Positions 50,902 to 62,252 of a stretch of 64,000 nt of DNA are shown here, one piece after another. The DNA comes from an uncultured cyanobacterium (GTDB lineage: Bacteria > Cyanobacteriota > Cyanobacteriia > PCC-9006 > JAAUQQ01), in NCBI GenBank assembly GCA_963718615.1, contig OY970368.1, forward strand, positions 4,480,001-4,544,000, given 5' to 3'. The position numbers and the translations under genes were made by a program. The notes below the pieces were generated by a model that saw only the letters and a program-made list of their open reading frames with translations, was not told the origin of the DNA and did no database searches. How positions within the stretch are numbered: the stretch's first letter is position 1; each line of letters starts with the position of its first letter.

Positions 50902-53481
50902 ATGGTTAGTACCAATCGTGCAGGTAATGCAGGGGCTCCCTTGCCAGGACTCGTGACCTTAAATCCAGCGACCCTGAGCGGCTACAGCTGGCAGGATTGG
51001 GGCGCAACGGTTACCGCTCAAGACGCGAATCAAACGGTTCAGATCCAAGGAAATGGCTGGAAGAAGATGCCGTTTGCTTACAACATCACGGCAACTACAG
51101 TTTTAGAATTTGATTTTAGGAGCGATCGCCAAGGAGAAGTCCACGGCATTGGTTTTGACAATGATGACTTTGCCACAACCAACCGGTCTTTCCAGCTCTA
51201 TGGCACCCAATCCTGGGGATTTAATAACTATCAAAATTACAGTACTGCTGGGGAATGGCAACATTATCGGATTCCGGTCGGTGAATTTTTCACGGGAGCT
51301 ATGTCCTATCTAACCTTTATTCATGACCAGGATGTTTGGTTTCCCAACGCCAATAGCTTGTTTCGGAATATTCAGGTTTATGAAAATGTAGCCGAACCCC
51401 TGGAATTTACCGTCGGTTCCTTCAGCGGGGTCAAAAGTTTTAGCAATTCAGTGACTCAAGGGGGGAGTTCCCATCTTTATCGCTTTACGGTCAATCAAAC
51501 CAGTGATTTTAATTTGGTGCTAGAAGGGCTAAAGACCAATGCAGATGTTAAGCTTTTGGATGCCCAAGGCAAAGTAATGCAAGTAGGGAATCGCAGCGGC
51601 ACCACCGCAGAATTGCTCTATGAAACCTTGCTTCCTGGCCAATATTCAGTTCAAGTTGAAAGCGTTGAATTCCAGCGAACGACTGGCTATGATCTAATCC
51701 TTTCTGCCGTACCCGACGAAGCCGACACGATTCACAATCTCACGGTGACCTCGGCCACGTATCTCGGAGGCTTGGGCCAGGATAAAGCTAGCGCCATCGA
51801 AATGGCCCCAACCCAGGAGCTGATTGTGGCGGGGAACTTTGGCTCTGCTCAGGCTGGTGCGACAGGGATAACGGCGCGATCGCTCCTCGGTGCAACCTCC
51901 AACAGCCCAGGCCAAATTGTGCGTCTTTCCCCCAGCGGTCGCGAAATCCTTTCGGTCACTCACCTGGGCAATGAGATTAACGACATGGATGTCAATCGTC
52001 AAACAGGGACGATTGCCGCAGTCGGTGATTTTGGCGTCGCGGTGTTGAGTGCAGATGCCAGCCAAGTTCTGTGGACTAAAAACCTGGGCGGTCCGGTGGA
52101 ACGGGTGGCGATCGCCAATGACGGCACAGTCGTCACGCTAAACAACAAAACGGTCACCGTATGGAGCACCAACGGTCAGCAAATTGCCCAATCAACCTTG
52201 GTACGTTCCTACGTAGAAGATGTGGCGATTAACCCCACAACAGGCGCAATTTATGTGACGGGATTTGACAATAAGCGTAATGTCAATAACAACAATAATC
52301 CGGTTCAAGTCGCATTTTTGAATCGTTTCGATCGCAATCTCAATTTCCAGTGGCAAACCTGGGGCTACGACGGCAATACCCTCACCGATGGCCAGAATGA
52401 TATGGCCGACACCCGAGGCTATCGGGTTACCATGGGTCGGGATGGGGAGCTCTATTTCCTCGGTGAAGTTGCCGGGGGAAACTCTATTTTCCGCTGGAAT
52501 GGTCAGGATCGAAGTACACCAACACAAGTCAAATACGACGCCTATAATGATCCCTACAATTCTGGCAGTCCTCATCAAGCCTACTATGCTCGAATCAATC
52601 AAAATACCGGAGAGGTCTTAAAGGGGCAGTTGGCGTTTGCCCGTCTATCGAATGGGAAATCGAATGCCTTTCGGGTGGATGAGGGAACGATCGCGGCGGA
52701 TGAACAGGGCAACATTTACATTGGCGGTCAGGGTTTTTCAACGATTAAGGACCGCGATATTAATCAAATTGGGGGTGAAACCGTTGGTGGTTATGTCAAA
52801 AGTGATTTAACAGCCTTAGTGGTTTCGAGTGATTTCCAATCTCGTCGCCTGTGGACTCCTTTTACCCAAACGACGGGCACAGGTATGGTCCAAGGCTTTG
52901 CAGTGGGCTCAGGACGAGCCGCGCTGCTCGGGACGGTCCAGCAAGGTTCAGTGATTACAAAATCTGCATTAAATCCCAATCCTTTTAATGCCAATGATGG
53001 GGCGCTGGGAGATATTTATCTCGCCACTTGGGGAACCGATACAGAAAGTGGTGTAGCTGCAACCGTAACTGGAACTGCCAATGTTGATACGCTCTTGGGA
53101 AGTCGTTCGATGGAACGATTTATAGGGGGTCAGGGGGGCGATCGCCTCACCGGCAACGGTGGTGCCGATGCCTTTTTCTATGGGGTTGCGAGCGAGGGGG
53201 GTGATGTCATTACCGATTTTGGTGCGGATGATCGCATTGAAATCTCGGCAGCGGGCTTTGGCGCGGGGCTGGTGGCTGGTGTTGGGTTAAGCGCCTTTGC
53301 CTATACGGCGACGGGGGTGTTTACGAATGGGGCGATCGCCTACGGCAACACGGCCACATTTTTGTATAACCAGGGAGTGTTGCGATTTGATCCGGATGGT
53401 TGGGGGCTGCAAACTGCGGTGACGATCGCGACGCTAACGGGGGCGCCGACGCTGTTGGCGAGTCAGATTGCGATTGTCTAA
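50902..53481 (+). CDS. Extracellular multidomain protein: beta-rich N-domain, PPC-like domain, propeller-like region, RTX-type C-terminus
   Basis: YRFTV...NADVKLLD...L.PGQY.VQV (PPC-like); GGQGGDRLTGNGGADAF, GGDVITDF, LRFDPDG.G (type I secretion-type tail); no Sec signal; ATG at 50902 with purine-rich RBS. Confidence 0.75.
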   Translation: MVSTNRAGNAGAPLPGLVTLNPATLSGYSWQDWGATVTAQDANQTVQIQGNGWKKMPFAYNITATTVLEFDFRSDRQGEVHGIGFDNDDFATTNRSFQLYGTQSWGFNNYQNYSTAGEWQHYRIPVGEFFTGAMSYLTFIHDQDVWFPNANSLFRNIQVYENVAEPLEFTVGSFSGVKSFSNSVTQGGSSHLYRFTVNQTSDFNLVLEGLKTNADVKLLDAQGKVMQVGNRSGTTAELLYETLLPGQYSVQVESVEFQRTTGYDLILSAVPDEADTIHNLTVTSATYLGGLGQDKASAIEMAPTQELIVAGNFGSAQAGATGITARSLLGATSNSPGQIVRLSPSGREILSVTHLGNEINDMDVNRQTGTIAAVGDFGVAVLSADASQVLWTKNLGGPVERVAIANDGTVVTLNNKTVTVWSTNGQQIAQSTLVRSYVEDVAINPTTGAIYVTGFDNKRNVNNNNNPVQVAFLNRFDRNLNFQWQTWGYDGNTLTDGQNDMADTRGYRVTMGRDGELYFLGEVAGGNSIFRWNGQDRSTPTQVKYDAYNDPYNSGSPHQAYYARINQNTGEVLKGQLAFARLSNGKSNAFRVDEGTIAADEQGNIYIGGQGFSTIKDRDINQIGGETVGGYVKSDLTALVVSSDFQSRRLWTPFTQTTGTGMVQGFAVGSGRAALLGTVQQGSVITKSALNPNPFNANDGALGDIYLATWGTDTESGVAATVTGTANVDTLLGSRSMERFIGGQGGDRLTGNGGADAFFYGVASEGGDVITDFGADDRIEISAAGFGAGLVAGVGLSAFAYTATGVFTNGAIAYGNTATFLYNQGVLRFDPDGWGLQTAVTIATLTGAPTLLASQIAIV

Positions 53482-53574
53482 AGGGTCAGTGGGTTAGCTG
53501 CTCAATAGGCAACGGTAAATGCAGGTTGGCCTGCTTGGCAGTTTTCTAAGAGGCAATTTACCTTTCCCCATCTC

Positions 53575-56217
53575 CTATTCCGCTGCTCCCACCAGCGTAA
53601 ACGCGGCCCAATCATGGGGGTCGGGATAGGTCTGGGCGGTGCTGAGCATGGCTTGGCGGAGGGCTTGGGCTTTGTCTTGGCCCTCACTCAGATGCCGATA
53701 AAACTCCGTCATGAGTACTGCGGTGGAGGTATCAGAAACGGCCCAAAGCGACACGACCACACTGGGGGCTCCGGCTCCCATCCAGGCCCGAGCTAAACCG
53801 ACAACGCCATCTCCGGTCAGCTCTCCCTGCCCCGTATCACAAGCGCTTAGCACCACTAGGTCGGCGTGGAGATCGAGGTCAATGATTTCATTGGAGGTTA
53901 GTAGCCCATCCTGGGCAGGGTCTGAACCACTGCTGGCGAGGGCGATCGCCCCCGGAATTCCAGGCTGAGCCAAACCGCTGCGACTGACACCATAATCCAA
54001 CAGTCCATGGGTCGCCAGATGGATCCAGCGGGCTTGGGGCAGGCGTTTCCGGACTTCTGCTTCGGTAGCCACTGCGCCAATGAGGGGTTGGACGTGGAGC
54101 CTTTGGGCGATCGCCAGGGCTTCTGTTTCTGAGCCAGGGAGCGGTGCTAGCGGTTGTGGAGGGCGATCGGGCCGCAGCGCGACAGCGGGCATGACCGGAT
54201 TTCCCACGATCAAGATGGGGGATAAGGTTGGGGATACGGGATGGGCTTTGGGCTTTGCTAAGATTTTGTGCGGTTGGGTCAACGCTAGGCTCTGAATCGA
54301 GGGCGCAGTCAGTAGCGTATGGCGTTCAATCAAAAACTCGCCATTGGCGGCTTTCAAGGCGGGAAACGGTACAAGGAACAGTGAGCCTTGGGGAACGAAC
54401 AAAACATGCTGATCGGGGTGCTGCGGCAAAAGATCGGCGATCGGTTCAATCAACAACTGATGCAGTCGCTGGAGGGCAGGAGTCGCGTTGGGGGCAGACC
54501 GATCTTGCACCCTCCTTCGGCAAATCGGTTCCGGGTCAAAGCAGCGGGCGCGCTGAATGAGTTGATCGAGCGATCGCTGTTCCTGAATCAACGGTTTGAG
54601 GTTAGTCTTACGATGATAAATTTGGCCCGAGGGCGTGATGACCCAAATGAAAAGGGCCTCAGGAATGCCAAGCTGTTTGCCCTGATGGAGGAAGTCATCT
54701 TCGGGAATTAGGGTATATTCTACGATGGTTGCCTTCTGAGCTTGGGCGACTTGACGCAATTCTGCGAGGTTAGGCGGCGGGACAGTGGGCGGAGCGATGG
54801 CCACATCCTCTGTGGTTTGCAACTTCTGTTTACTCACCAACAAATCTGCAAAGGCTCGACCTCGGCCCCACTCTGCTACTTCCAATGCCGTTTCGGGCTT
54901 TTGCTGGGCGATCAAGACTTGTTGTAACAAGTTATAGGTTCTGGCTTGAGTGTCAAAAAGAGAAACCTTGTCTAAATCACTCAGCCCTTGACGGAGCTGA
55001 TCCAAAACCTGCAAAGCTTGTCTAAGGCGCTGTTCTGCCTCATCCAACTGGCCTGCGGTATAGAGGGCATGGCCCAAATTATTGAGTGTCAAACTGATGC
55101 CGGGGCGATCGCCCATCTCCTCAAATACGGTCAAACTTCGCCGCAAAATCCCCACCGCCTCCTGGGGCTGACGTTGATGATTCTGAATCGCGCCTAGGCG
55201 TCCTAAGGACTCCGCCAGCAGTTTTTGATGGCCCAAATCTTCAGCAGCATAGAGCCCTTTGCGATAATAGGACATTGCTTGGGGGAGTTGACCCTGGGCA
55301 TGGTAGGCTGCTCCGAGATTGAGCCAAATCCAAGCTTGTTGCGTCAAATCATTGAGCTTCTGAGCAAGGCTGAGACTGTGTTCGTAATGGGCGATCGCCT
55401 GAGGATAATCCCCCTGATTGGCCGCCAAAGTGCCCAGACTATTCCAAAAAATAGCCTCTCCTAAACGATTGCCCTCCGCCTCCGCCAACTGCCGCCCCCG
55501 GTCAAACTGTTGTCGGGCTAGATCGTAGTCTCCGAGGGCTTCGTAGACATTGCCCAAATTGCCCAGGGCTCGGCTGAGCAGATTGTTCTCGTTGCGTTGC
55601 TCCAGCAATTGGATCAAGGCTTGGTTAGCCTCAAGGGCTTTGACATACTGGCCTGCTACCTTATAGGCGATCGCTAAATTCCCCAGTACGATGGGAACCC
55701 GCTCTGGAGCCTGGGCCTGGGCGTAGCGCAAACTGGCCTGATAGGGTTCAAGAGCTGCGGCATAACGTCCCTGCTTGGCATAGAGGGTCGCGAGGTTGTA
55801 TTGGGTATCCGCCACTAGGGCTGGGTTCTGAAGTTGCTGAGCGATGGGTAACAGCTGTTCATAGGTGGCGATCGCCGCGTCACTGCGTCCTAGTTGCTGA
55901 TAGACGGTGCTGAGGTTTTGCAGTGTAGAGGCAACGGCAGCGGTGTTCCCTAGGATTTGATACTGCTTCAGCGCAGTCTGCCAAGGGTCAAGGGCGGCCT
56001 CAAGTCGGTTGGCATAGAAATGGTCTAATCCAGTTTGAAAAAGGCGATCGGCTTCAGCCGATGGGTTCGGTGTCGATGGATTCAGTTCGGTTGTTTGGGC
56101 AAGTCTACGATTAGGGCTGGGCAAGGCATCCGCAGGCATGCCAAGCAAGCCACCCATGAGTTCGCAAGTCAAACCCACAAAAATTACCCAGTCCCGGCCT
56201 CCCATAGGCGTCCTCAT
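53575..56217 (-). CDS. TPR-repeat plus CHAT (caspase-like) domain protein
   Basis: Signal-like N-terminus, many TPRs, catalytic HLATHG and VLSACDTG, VVSLWAV, WAAFTLVG. Confidence 0.93.
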   Translation of the reverse strand: MRTPMGGRDWVIFVGLTCELMGGLLGMPADALPSPNRRLAQTTELNPSTPNPSAEADRLFQTGLDHFYANRLEAALDPWQTALKQYQILGNTAAVASTLQNLSTVYQQLGRSDAAIATYEQLLPIAQQLQNPALVADTQYNLATLYAKQGRYAAALEPYQASLRYAQAQAPERVPIVLGNLAIAYKVAGQYVKALEANQALIQLLEQRNENNLLSRALGNLGNVYEALGDYDLARQQFDRGRQLAEAEGNRLGEAIFWNSLGTLAANQGDYPQAIAHYEHSLSLAQKLNDLTQQAWIWLNLGAAYHAQGQLPQAMSYYRKGLYAAEDLGHQKLLAESLGRLGAIQNHQRQPQEAVGILRRSLTVFEEMGDRPGISLTLNNLGHALYTAGQLDEAEQRLRQALQVLDQLRQGLSDLDKVSLFDTQARTYNLLQQVLIAQQKPETALEVAEWGRGRAFADLLVSKQKLQTTEDVAIAPPTVPPPNLAELRQVAQAQKATIVEYTLIPEDDFLHQGKQLGIPEALFIWVITPSGQIYHRKTNLKPLIQEQRSLDQLIQRARCFDPEPICRRRVQDRSAPNATPALQRLHQLLIEPIADLLPQHPDQHVLFVPQGSLFLVPFPALKAANGEFLIERHTLLTAPSIQSLALTQPHKILAKPKAHPVSPTLSPILIVGNPVMPAVALRPDRPPQPLAPLPGSETEALAIAQRLHVQPLIGAVATEAEVRKRLPQARWIHLATHGLLDYGVSRSGLAQPGIPGAIALASSGSDPAQDGLLTSNEIIDLDLHADLVVLSACDTGQGELTGDGVVGLARAWMGAGAPSVVVSLWAVSDTSTAVLMTEFYRHLSEGQDKAQALRQAMLSTAQTYPDPHDWAAFTLVGAAE

Positions 56218-59087
56218 AGTCGAGTAAATTCCGGAGGTATGGCATCCGGGGGCAAGGACTGGGCTTCAATCTTCCTAAGGAGTGGCGTTCCTGTTGCGGT
56301 AGGCGATCGCTCTAGGCAAGGATCAGTTTCGCCGGGTCCGGTGCGATCGCGCTCCAAAGCTGGGTCTAAGGCATTCTCTTCAGACCCTTCAGAATTGCCC
56401 CGTTGGGCGATCGCGATTTCCGGTCTAGAGACACAGGAGGATTGACTACCGCCCGTGCTTTGCCGTTGCGCTACTGTTGCAGAATCACCAGCATCAGGAA
56501 TAGTTGGCGTTCCATCATCGCCAGTATTGCCATTGCCAGTATTGCCATTACCGGTATTGCCATTACCAGTATTGCCATTGCTATTACCATTGCCATTGCT
56601 ATTACCATTGCCATTGCCGTTCGGCTTCGTTACCACGGGCTTGGAAACCGCATCGAAAGCTTGATCCTGCAATAAGCCGTAGAGGGCCGTATTGCTGCCA
56701 AATCCGACGATAATACTGGCAGCGAGGCCATCGCGATCGCTGGGAAACTGTGTTGAAGGAAAAGTGGTGTCGTAAAGCGCATTGGGATAAAGCGTGGTGC
56801 CATTCGTATAAGTTGCTGGAGAAATCGCCACAAAATTCCCTTCGCTGTCCTTGGTGACGTAGGGATCCGTGAGCCCTGGAATAGCTTGCCCCACAATCGC
56901 GGGTCCCGAGAAAAAGGCGGCATCTCCCCCTTGCACCAGAATGCGTCCTTGGGTGATTTTCTCCGTCGGGTCTGAATCAGAAGCAGCAATTGTAAACTGT
57001 TGATCAATTAACGTGCGGGTTGCACCGCCAAAGCGAATGATTACCGGTGCATTTAAATCGCCCGCTTGCAGATCCGAAGAGGCCGGTTTGGTCAAAATAC
57101 TGTAGGGAACATCTCCGGTACCGCTATTGTTGGAATCATTTTCAAAGGCAAGGAATATTTGATCATCAGGGGCGATCGCAATTCCCTTACTCTCCAAAAA
57201 GCTCTTAATTTCGGGCACATCGTCCAGATCGAGCCGGACACCCAGACGATCGCTGTCTAGAAGTTCAGAGCCTTGAGCTTGGAAGCGCTTCGCCGCTGTA
57301 ATTTCAACCCCACCCGGTCCCGCTTCAATCGTTTGAACCAAGACATCGCCCGCCGTTGACATCAGTGTTACCGTTCTGCCTGACAGCGCTCCCTTGGCCA
57401 AGAGTTGATTGGTTGCAGTTAGATTCAGAATCCCATCGCCGCCAAATAAGTCAGAGGCTTGTAACTCTCCCGCCGTGATATTTACACCGGAAATAAAGAT
57501 CTGATTGGCGCGAATGCGATCGCTCCCATCCATCACAAAATCGCCCACCCCATCGCCATTAGCATTGGCTTGAAAGGTAATTGAATCGACGTTTAATCCC
57601 AGTTCATTATCTGCAATATCCTCAAGGGTAATGCCATCATCTGCCTCCAAAATGAGATTCGCACCGACACCAAACGCCTCTAATTGAGCGACAGAAAGGG
57701 TATTGGCTCCGTCGTCTGGCACGGCGGCAAACAACTCGCTATCCGTATTCGGCGTCAGTTCGTCATCCAATGTGCCGGAGCCCACTGGCGCGTCAACAAT
57801 CGTTAGGGTTTTCGGGTCAAACAAAACCGTTCCCGGCTGGCCCTGGGGAGCCGCAACGCTGACTTGGCCCGTCAGAGATAAGGCGTTGTGACCGGAAACT
57901 TCTACGAATCCGCCAGTCCCGCTTTGCGGACCGCCTTGAGCCGTGATCTTGCCTTGAAAGCCCGTAGTGTCATCGGCCCAAGCAATCACGCGTCCGCCGT
58001 TGCCCGTTGTGATCCCATCTGCCTGAATCCTCGACTGGGCATCGATCACCGTTTGCCGAGCATTGGGGATTGAACCCTGACCTTGATAGTCACCCCCGAC
58101 CAAAACCACTCCGCCCCCGGAATGGCCAGAGGCGTTGATTTGACCGTTAATAACGCCGACGCGATCGCCCAAGAGCCTGACCGTTCCGCCTTGTCGTCCT
58201 GCAACATTGAGCTGACCCGAGGCGATCGCCACGCCTGGGTCTACCGGAATGCGCTGCTTTTCTAGTCGTATGGTGCCATCAGGGGTAACCGTTAATCTTG
58301 ACGCTTGCTCCGCGCTTTGCAGATCAACTTGCTGTTGCCATAGCTGAGAAAGCGAAGGGATGCTCAGAAGGTCGTTACCAGTGATGTTAGGGCTGAGGGA
58401 AATGCTGCCATTGCCTGGGATGGTGACCGTTTGGGATCCTGCGATCGCTAAGATCGTAATCTCCCCTTCCGGCGCTTTCAGCCTCCCGGTATTGAGGACT
58501 GTTCCGCCCAAGAGACGAATTCCCTGGCCCATACCCACAGTGATCTGGCCTTGATTGAGAATGGAGCCGGGATAGATTGCAGAAAAGCTAAAGCGATCAG
58601 GCACACCATTTAATTCACCGTAGCTCGTACCGCTCAATGCATTGAGCCACCCCCCTGAAAATCCAAGCTGATCCGCTGTCGTGGCCGTAAATGAACCCGG
58701 TAGATCAATCCGGGCATTAACACCGGTCAAAATTCCTGCGGGGTTGATTAAGAATAGATTGGCGTTGCCATTCTTAACTTGTACTAACCCTTCAATTTGC
58801 GACCCTTTGCCCTCGGTGACCCGACTAAAAATATTAGCAATCTCCGGTGCTGCGATGAAGTCAGCAACTTGTTGAATACCGAGACTAAACTGTTGAAAAC
58901 TATGAAACAGATTGCGGCCATTTGCTGAACGCGTACCGCCAGTAATCTCAAAGGTCTGATTTTGAAAAGTGACCTGTGTATTGGTGCCATCATCAGCCGG
59001 CAGAATTGCTTGAGCAAAGGCCGGAAGCGGTGCTATCACAGCAGTAAGCAAGGCGTAGGGAATGAGGATTTGAATGCGCTGCATCAT
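56214..59087 (-). CDS. Filamentous haemagglutinin N-terminal (TPS) domain protein
   Basis: Signal PAFAQ, NLFHSFQQF, NIFSRV, NLFLINPAGI, GGFVEVSG, LFDP; stop overlaps the CHAT gene start. Confidence 0.9.
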   Translation of the reverse strand: MMQRIQILIPYALLTAVIAPLPAFAQAILPADDGTNTQVTFQNQTFEITGGTRSANGRNLFHSFQQFSLGIQQVADFIAAPEIANIFSRVTEGKGSQIEGLVQVKNGNANLFLINPAGILTGVNARIDLPGSFTATTADQLGFSGGWLNALSGTSYGELNGVPDRFSFSAIYPGSILNQGQITVGMGQGIRLLGGTVLNTGRLKAPEGEITILAIAGSQTVTIPGNGSISLSPNITGNDLLSIPSLSQLWQQQVDLQSAEQASRLTVTPDGTIRLEKQRIPVDPGVAIASGQLNVAGRQGGTVRLLGDRVGVINGQINASGHSGGGVVLVGGDYQGQGSIPNARQTVIDAQSRIQADGITTGNGGRVIAWADDTTGFQGKITAQGGPQSGTGGFVEVSGHNALSLTGQVSVAAPQGQPGTVLFDPKTLTIVDAPVGSGTLDDELTPNTDSELFAAVPDDGANTLSVAQLEAFGVGANLILEADDGITLEDIADNELGLNVDSITFQANANGDGVGDFVMDGSDRIRANQIFISGVNITAGELQASDLFGGDGILNLTATNQLLAKGALSGRTVTLMSTAGDVLVQTIEAGPGGVEITAAKRFQAQGSELLDSDRLGVRLDLDDVPEIKSFLESKGIAIAPDDQIFLAFENDSNNSGTGDVPYSILTKPASSDLQAGDLNAPVIIRFGGATRTLIDQQFTIAASDSDPTEKITQGRILVQGGDAAFFSGPAIVGQAIPGLTDPYVTKDSEGNFVAISPATYTNGTTLYPNALYDTTFPSTQFPSDRDGLAASIIVGFGSNTALYGLLQDQAFDAVSKPVVTKPNGNGNGNSNGNGNSNGNTGNGNTGNGNTGNGNTGDDGTPTIPDAGDSATVAQRQSTGGSQSSCVSRPEIAIAQRGNSEGSEENALDPALERDRTGPGETDPCLERSPTATGTPLLRKIEAQSLPPDAIPPEFTRL
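56521..56620 (-). repeat. Gly/Asn tandem repeats (NGNGNS, GNGNT) within the FHA-like gene
   Basis: Imperfect 15-bp and 18-bp tandem units, e.g. CCAGTATTGCCATTG. Confidence 0.85.
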
Positions 59088-59277
59088 ATTTTTCCCTTTC
59101 CCAAATGACAAGCTTACGGTCACTATTTTCGCAGTTGTCACGCCTGAATCCGTGATCTTATTGAGAGTTTACAATCAAGCAAGTGTTGGGGCGATCGCCC
59201 TGGACCTCAGTCCGCGATCGCCCCTTGCTTCTCCTAACGTCTCTCCTCGATCGGTTGCCAAGGCTCTTGGCTATCCT

Positions 59278-61953
59278 CTACTCTTCACTGTCATCCGTCG
59301 TAGCCTGAATTTCAGGTTCAGAGATTGCGGGTTCAGAGATTGCAGAACTAGAGCCTTGAAGATTGGAAACTTCAGCAGCCTCAAGCGCTTCAGGTATTTC
59401 AGCTTCTTCGCTCTCGCCGTCTTCGGGCAAGGGCACCACGGCAACAGCGGCGATCGCATCATCATCATCCAAGCGCTGAAGACGAACCCCAGTGGCAGCC
59501 CGCGATTGCTGGGTAATGGCATCCGCTGCTTGGCGAATGATAATGCCGCGATTGGTCACCATCATCAGCTCTTCGTTTTCACCCACAACCTGAAGGGCAA
59601 CCATGGCATCGGCGTCGCCTTTGCTGCGGAATTTAATCGCCCGTAGACCCATTCCGGCCCGCTTTTGCAGTCGGAACTGGCTAACCGGCACCCGCTTGCC
59701 CAAGCCATTGGCCGTAACCACAAGGACCCAAGGGCCTTGGCTTTGAACCGTAGCGTTTTCGTCTTCCCCTTCATCCTCACCGCTTTCGGCAGCCGCCTGG
59801 ATGGCTTCCACCACCTGACTCGATAGAATATCCATCGAAATCACCTGGTCCCCATCCCGCAGCGCCATGGCTCGAACGCCCCTTGTTGCCCGTCCCAGCG
59901 GTCGTAGCTCTTCATGGTTGGCGCGGAAGTGAATGGTCATGGCCTTACGGGAGCCGATCAAAATGCTGTCTTCAGCCCGTGCGAGCCGCACCCAGCGCAG
60001 CAAATCCCCTTCTTCCAAGGAAATGGCAATCAACCCGTTGGAGCGGATATTGCTAAAGGCAGAAAGGGCCGTTTTTTTGATGAATCCCCCCTGGGTTAGC
60101 ATCACCAAATACTCATTATCAGTGAATTCCGAGACCGAAATAATCGAGGTGATTTCTTCCTCACGGGGAATCGGCAGCATCTGCACAATCGGCACCCCTC
60201 GGGAGTTGCGGGAGGCGACGGGGATTTGGAACGCCCGAATGCTATAGACGACGCCGCGATCGCTAAAGAACAAAATATAATCATGGTCACAGCAGGTCAT
60301 AAACTGCTTAATGCCATCATCTTCCTTGATTTTTGCGCCCGCTTTGCCCCTGGTGGCTCGACTTTGGACATCGAATGTATCCACCGGCATCCGCTTGATA
60401 TAGCCCTGTTCTGTGATGAGAATCAGTGCCCGCTCGTTAGCAATTAAATCAATCGTTTCCAGGGAGCCATCGCTTTCCAAAATCTCGGTCAAACGGGGCG
60501 TCGAGAAACGTTCTCGCAGTTGACTAAGCTCTGTTTCGATGATTTCTAGAACCCGTTCTCGCCGCGCCAAAATATCTTGATAATCGGCGATGCGCTCTTG
60601 CAATTCTTCGTGTTCTTTCTGGATCTTTTCGGCTTCTAGGGCCGTGAGACGCCGCAACTGCATTTGCAGAATGGCATCGGCCTGGGTTTCCGAAAGACCG
60701 TAGGATTCAATCAGTTCCTGCTTGGCCATGGGCGCATCAGCAGACCGGCGAATCAGCTCAATAATGGCATCGAGATTTTCCAGGGCAATCAATAAACCCT
60801 GCAACAGATGATCTCGTTCTTCGGCTTTGCGCAATTCATAGCGCGTACGTCGCGCGATGGTTTCGATGCGGAAATCGAGGAAGACCTCTAGGAAGCGTTT
60901 AAGCGTTAGAAGCTGGGGTTCACCATCGACCAATGCCAGCATGTTGGCGCTGAAATTGCACTGGAGCGGGGTTTGTTTGTACAGGTTATTGAGGACAACC
61001 TGGGGATAGGCATCGCGTTTGAGCTCGATGACAATTCGCATGCCATCGCGATCGCTCTCATCTCGAATATCCGAAATACCTTCGAGTTTCTTGTCATTGA
61101 CCATTTCGGCAATGCGCTCGATCATCGCTGCCTTATTGGTTTGGTAAGGCAATTCCGTGATGATAATTGCATCGCGATCGGGTCGTCCCGCATGTTCAAT
61201 CGTTTCGATGCTGGCCACCCCTCGCATCGTCACCGAACCCCGACCGGTGGTGTACACTTCGCGAATGCCAGATCGTCCTAAAATCTGGGCTCCGGTGGGA
61301 AAATCTGGGCCTTTGATGTATTGCATCAAGTCCAGATCGGTGAGTTCAGGATTTTGGATCAACGCGACGGTACCGTCGATCAATTCACTCAGGTTATGGG
61401 GCGGAATATTAGTCGCCATTCCCACCGCAATTCCGGAGGATCCATTCAGCAAAAGCTGAGGAATTCGCGACGGCAGCACGGTGGGTTCCTGTTGCGAACC
61501 GTCGAAGTTATCGGCAAAGTCAACGGTTTCCGATTCGATATCCTGGAGCAACGCATCCGTGGTCAGCGCATGGAGACGCGACTCGGTATAACGCATGGCG
61601 GCGGGTGGATCGTTGTCGACGGAACCGAAGTTGCCGTGGCCGTTGATCAGGGGCGATCGCATGGAAAAGTCCTGAGCCATGCGCACGAGGGCATCGTACA
61701 CCGCTGTATCGCCGTGGGGGTGGTATTTACCCAACACTTCCCCGACCACACGGGCACATTTTCGGAAGGGGCGATCGGGGGTCAACCCCAACTCATACAT
61801 GGCGTAGAGAATGCGGCGATGCACTGGCTTGAGGCCATCGCGAGCGTCGGGCAGGGCTCGCCCGACGATGACACTCATGGCATACTCCAAATAGGAGCGG
61901 GACATTTCGTTACGGAGGTCCGTTAGGATGATCCGCTCCTGGGAGTTACTCAT
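59278..61953 (-). CDS. gyrA: DNA gyrase subunit A
   Basis: [29 protein letters not shown], GyrA-box-like QSRATRG, acidic tail. Confidence 0.95.
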   Translation of the reverse strand: MSNSQERIILTDLRNEMSRSYLEYAMSVIVGRALPDARDGLKPVHRRILYAMYELGLTPDRPFRKCARVVGEVLGKYHPHGDTAVYDALVRMAQDFSMRSPLINGHGNFGSVDNDPPAAMRYTESRLHALTTDALLQDIESETVDFADNFDGSQQEPTVLPSRIPQLLLNGSSGIAVGMATNIPPHNLSELIDGTVALIQNPELTDLDLMQYIKGPDFPTGAQILGRSGIREVYTTGRGSVTMRGVASIETIEHAGRPDRDAIIITELPYQTNKAAMIERIAEMVNDKKLEGISDIRDESDRDGMRIVIELKRDAYPQVVLNNLYKQTPLQCNFSANMLALVDGEPQLLTLKRFLEVFLDFRIETIARRTRYELRKAEERDHLLQGLLIALENLDAIIELIRRSADAPMAKQELIESYGLSETQADAILQMQLRRLTALEAEKIQKEHEELQERIADYQDILARRERVLEIIETELSQLRERFSTPRLTEILESDGSLETIDLIANERALILITEQGYIKRMPVDTFDVQSRATRGKAGAKIKEDDGIKQFMTCCDHDYILFFSDRGVVYSIRAFQIPVASRNSRGVPIVQMLPIPREEEITSIISVSEFTDNEYLVMLTQGGFIKKTALSAFSNIRSNGLIAISLEEGDLLRWVRLARAEDSILIGSRKAMTIHFRANHEELRPLGRATRGVRAMALRDGDQVISMDILSSQVVEAIQAAAESGEDEGEDENATVQSQGPWVLVVTANGLGKRVPVSQFRLQKRAGMGLRAIKFRSKGDADAMVALQVVGENEELMMVTNRGIIIRQAADAITQQSRAATGVRLQRLDDDDAIAAVAVVPLPEDGESEEAEIPEALEAAEVSNLQGSSSAISEPAISEPEIQATTDDSEE

Positions 61954-62252
61954 AGAAAAGCTCCAAACTTACGCAAAATGTCGTCGCAAAAAGTAGAGGC
62001 TCGCTGTAATGGCGACCCCTGCTCCGCGTTGATTGTCGTAAGTACATTTTACCATGGGCTGGTCATTTCGTGGGGCGATGAACGATGGCTGAAAGGCTTA
62101 TCCTGACTGGATTTTGGCGATCGCCCTCAACCCCCTCCTTTAGCCCCCCCAACCCTCCTATTTTCGAGTTTGTCAAGCCCTCTGTCCGATCTCATTCCTA
62201 GACCCCTGCTCATCTCCCTATCAAGCCCTCTATCTGGCCCCTATCAAGACCT

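Noticed and set aside
56521-56620. Possible CRISPR-like or non-coding repeat array
   Set aside because: No spacers; these are in-frame Gly/Asn codon repeats. No CRISPR array, cas gene, tRNA or rRNA was recognised in the window.
59278-61953. parC-like paralog or intein-containing gyrA
   Set aside because: A GyrA-box-like motif and acidic tail are present, the length is normal, and there is no insertion after AAMRY.
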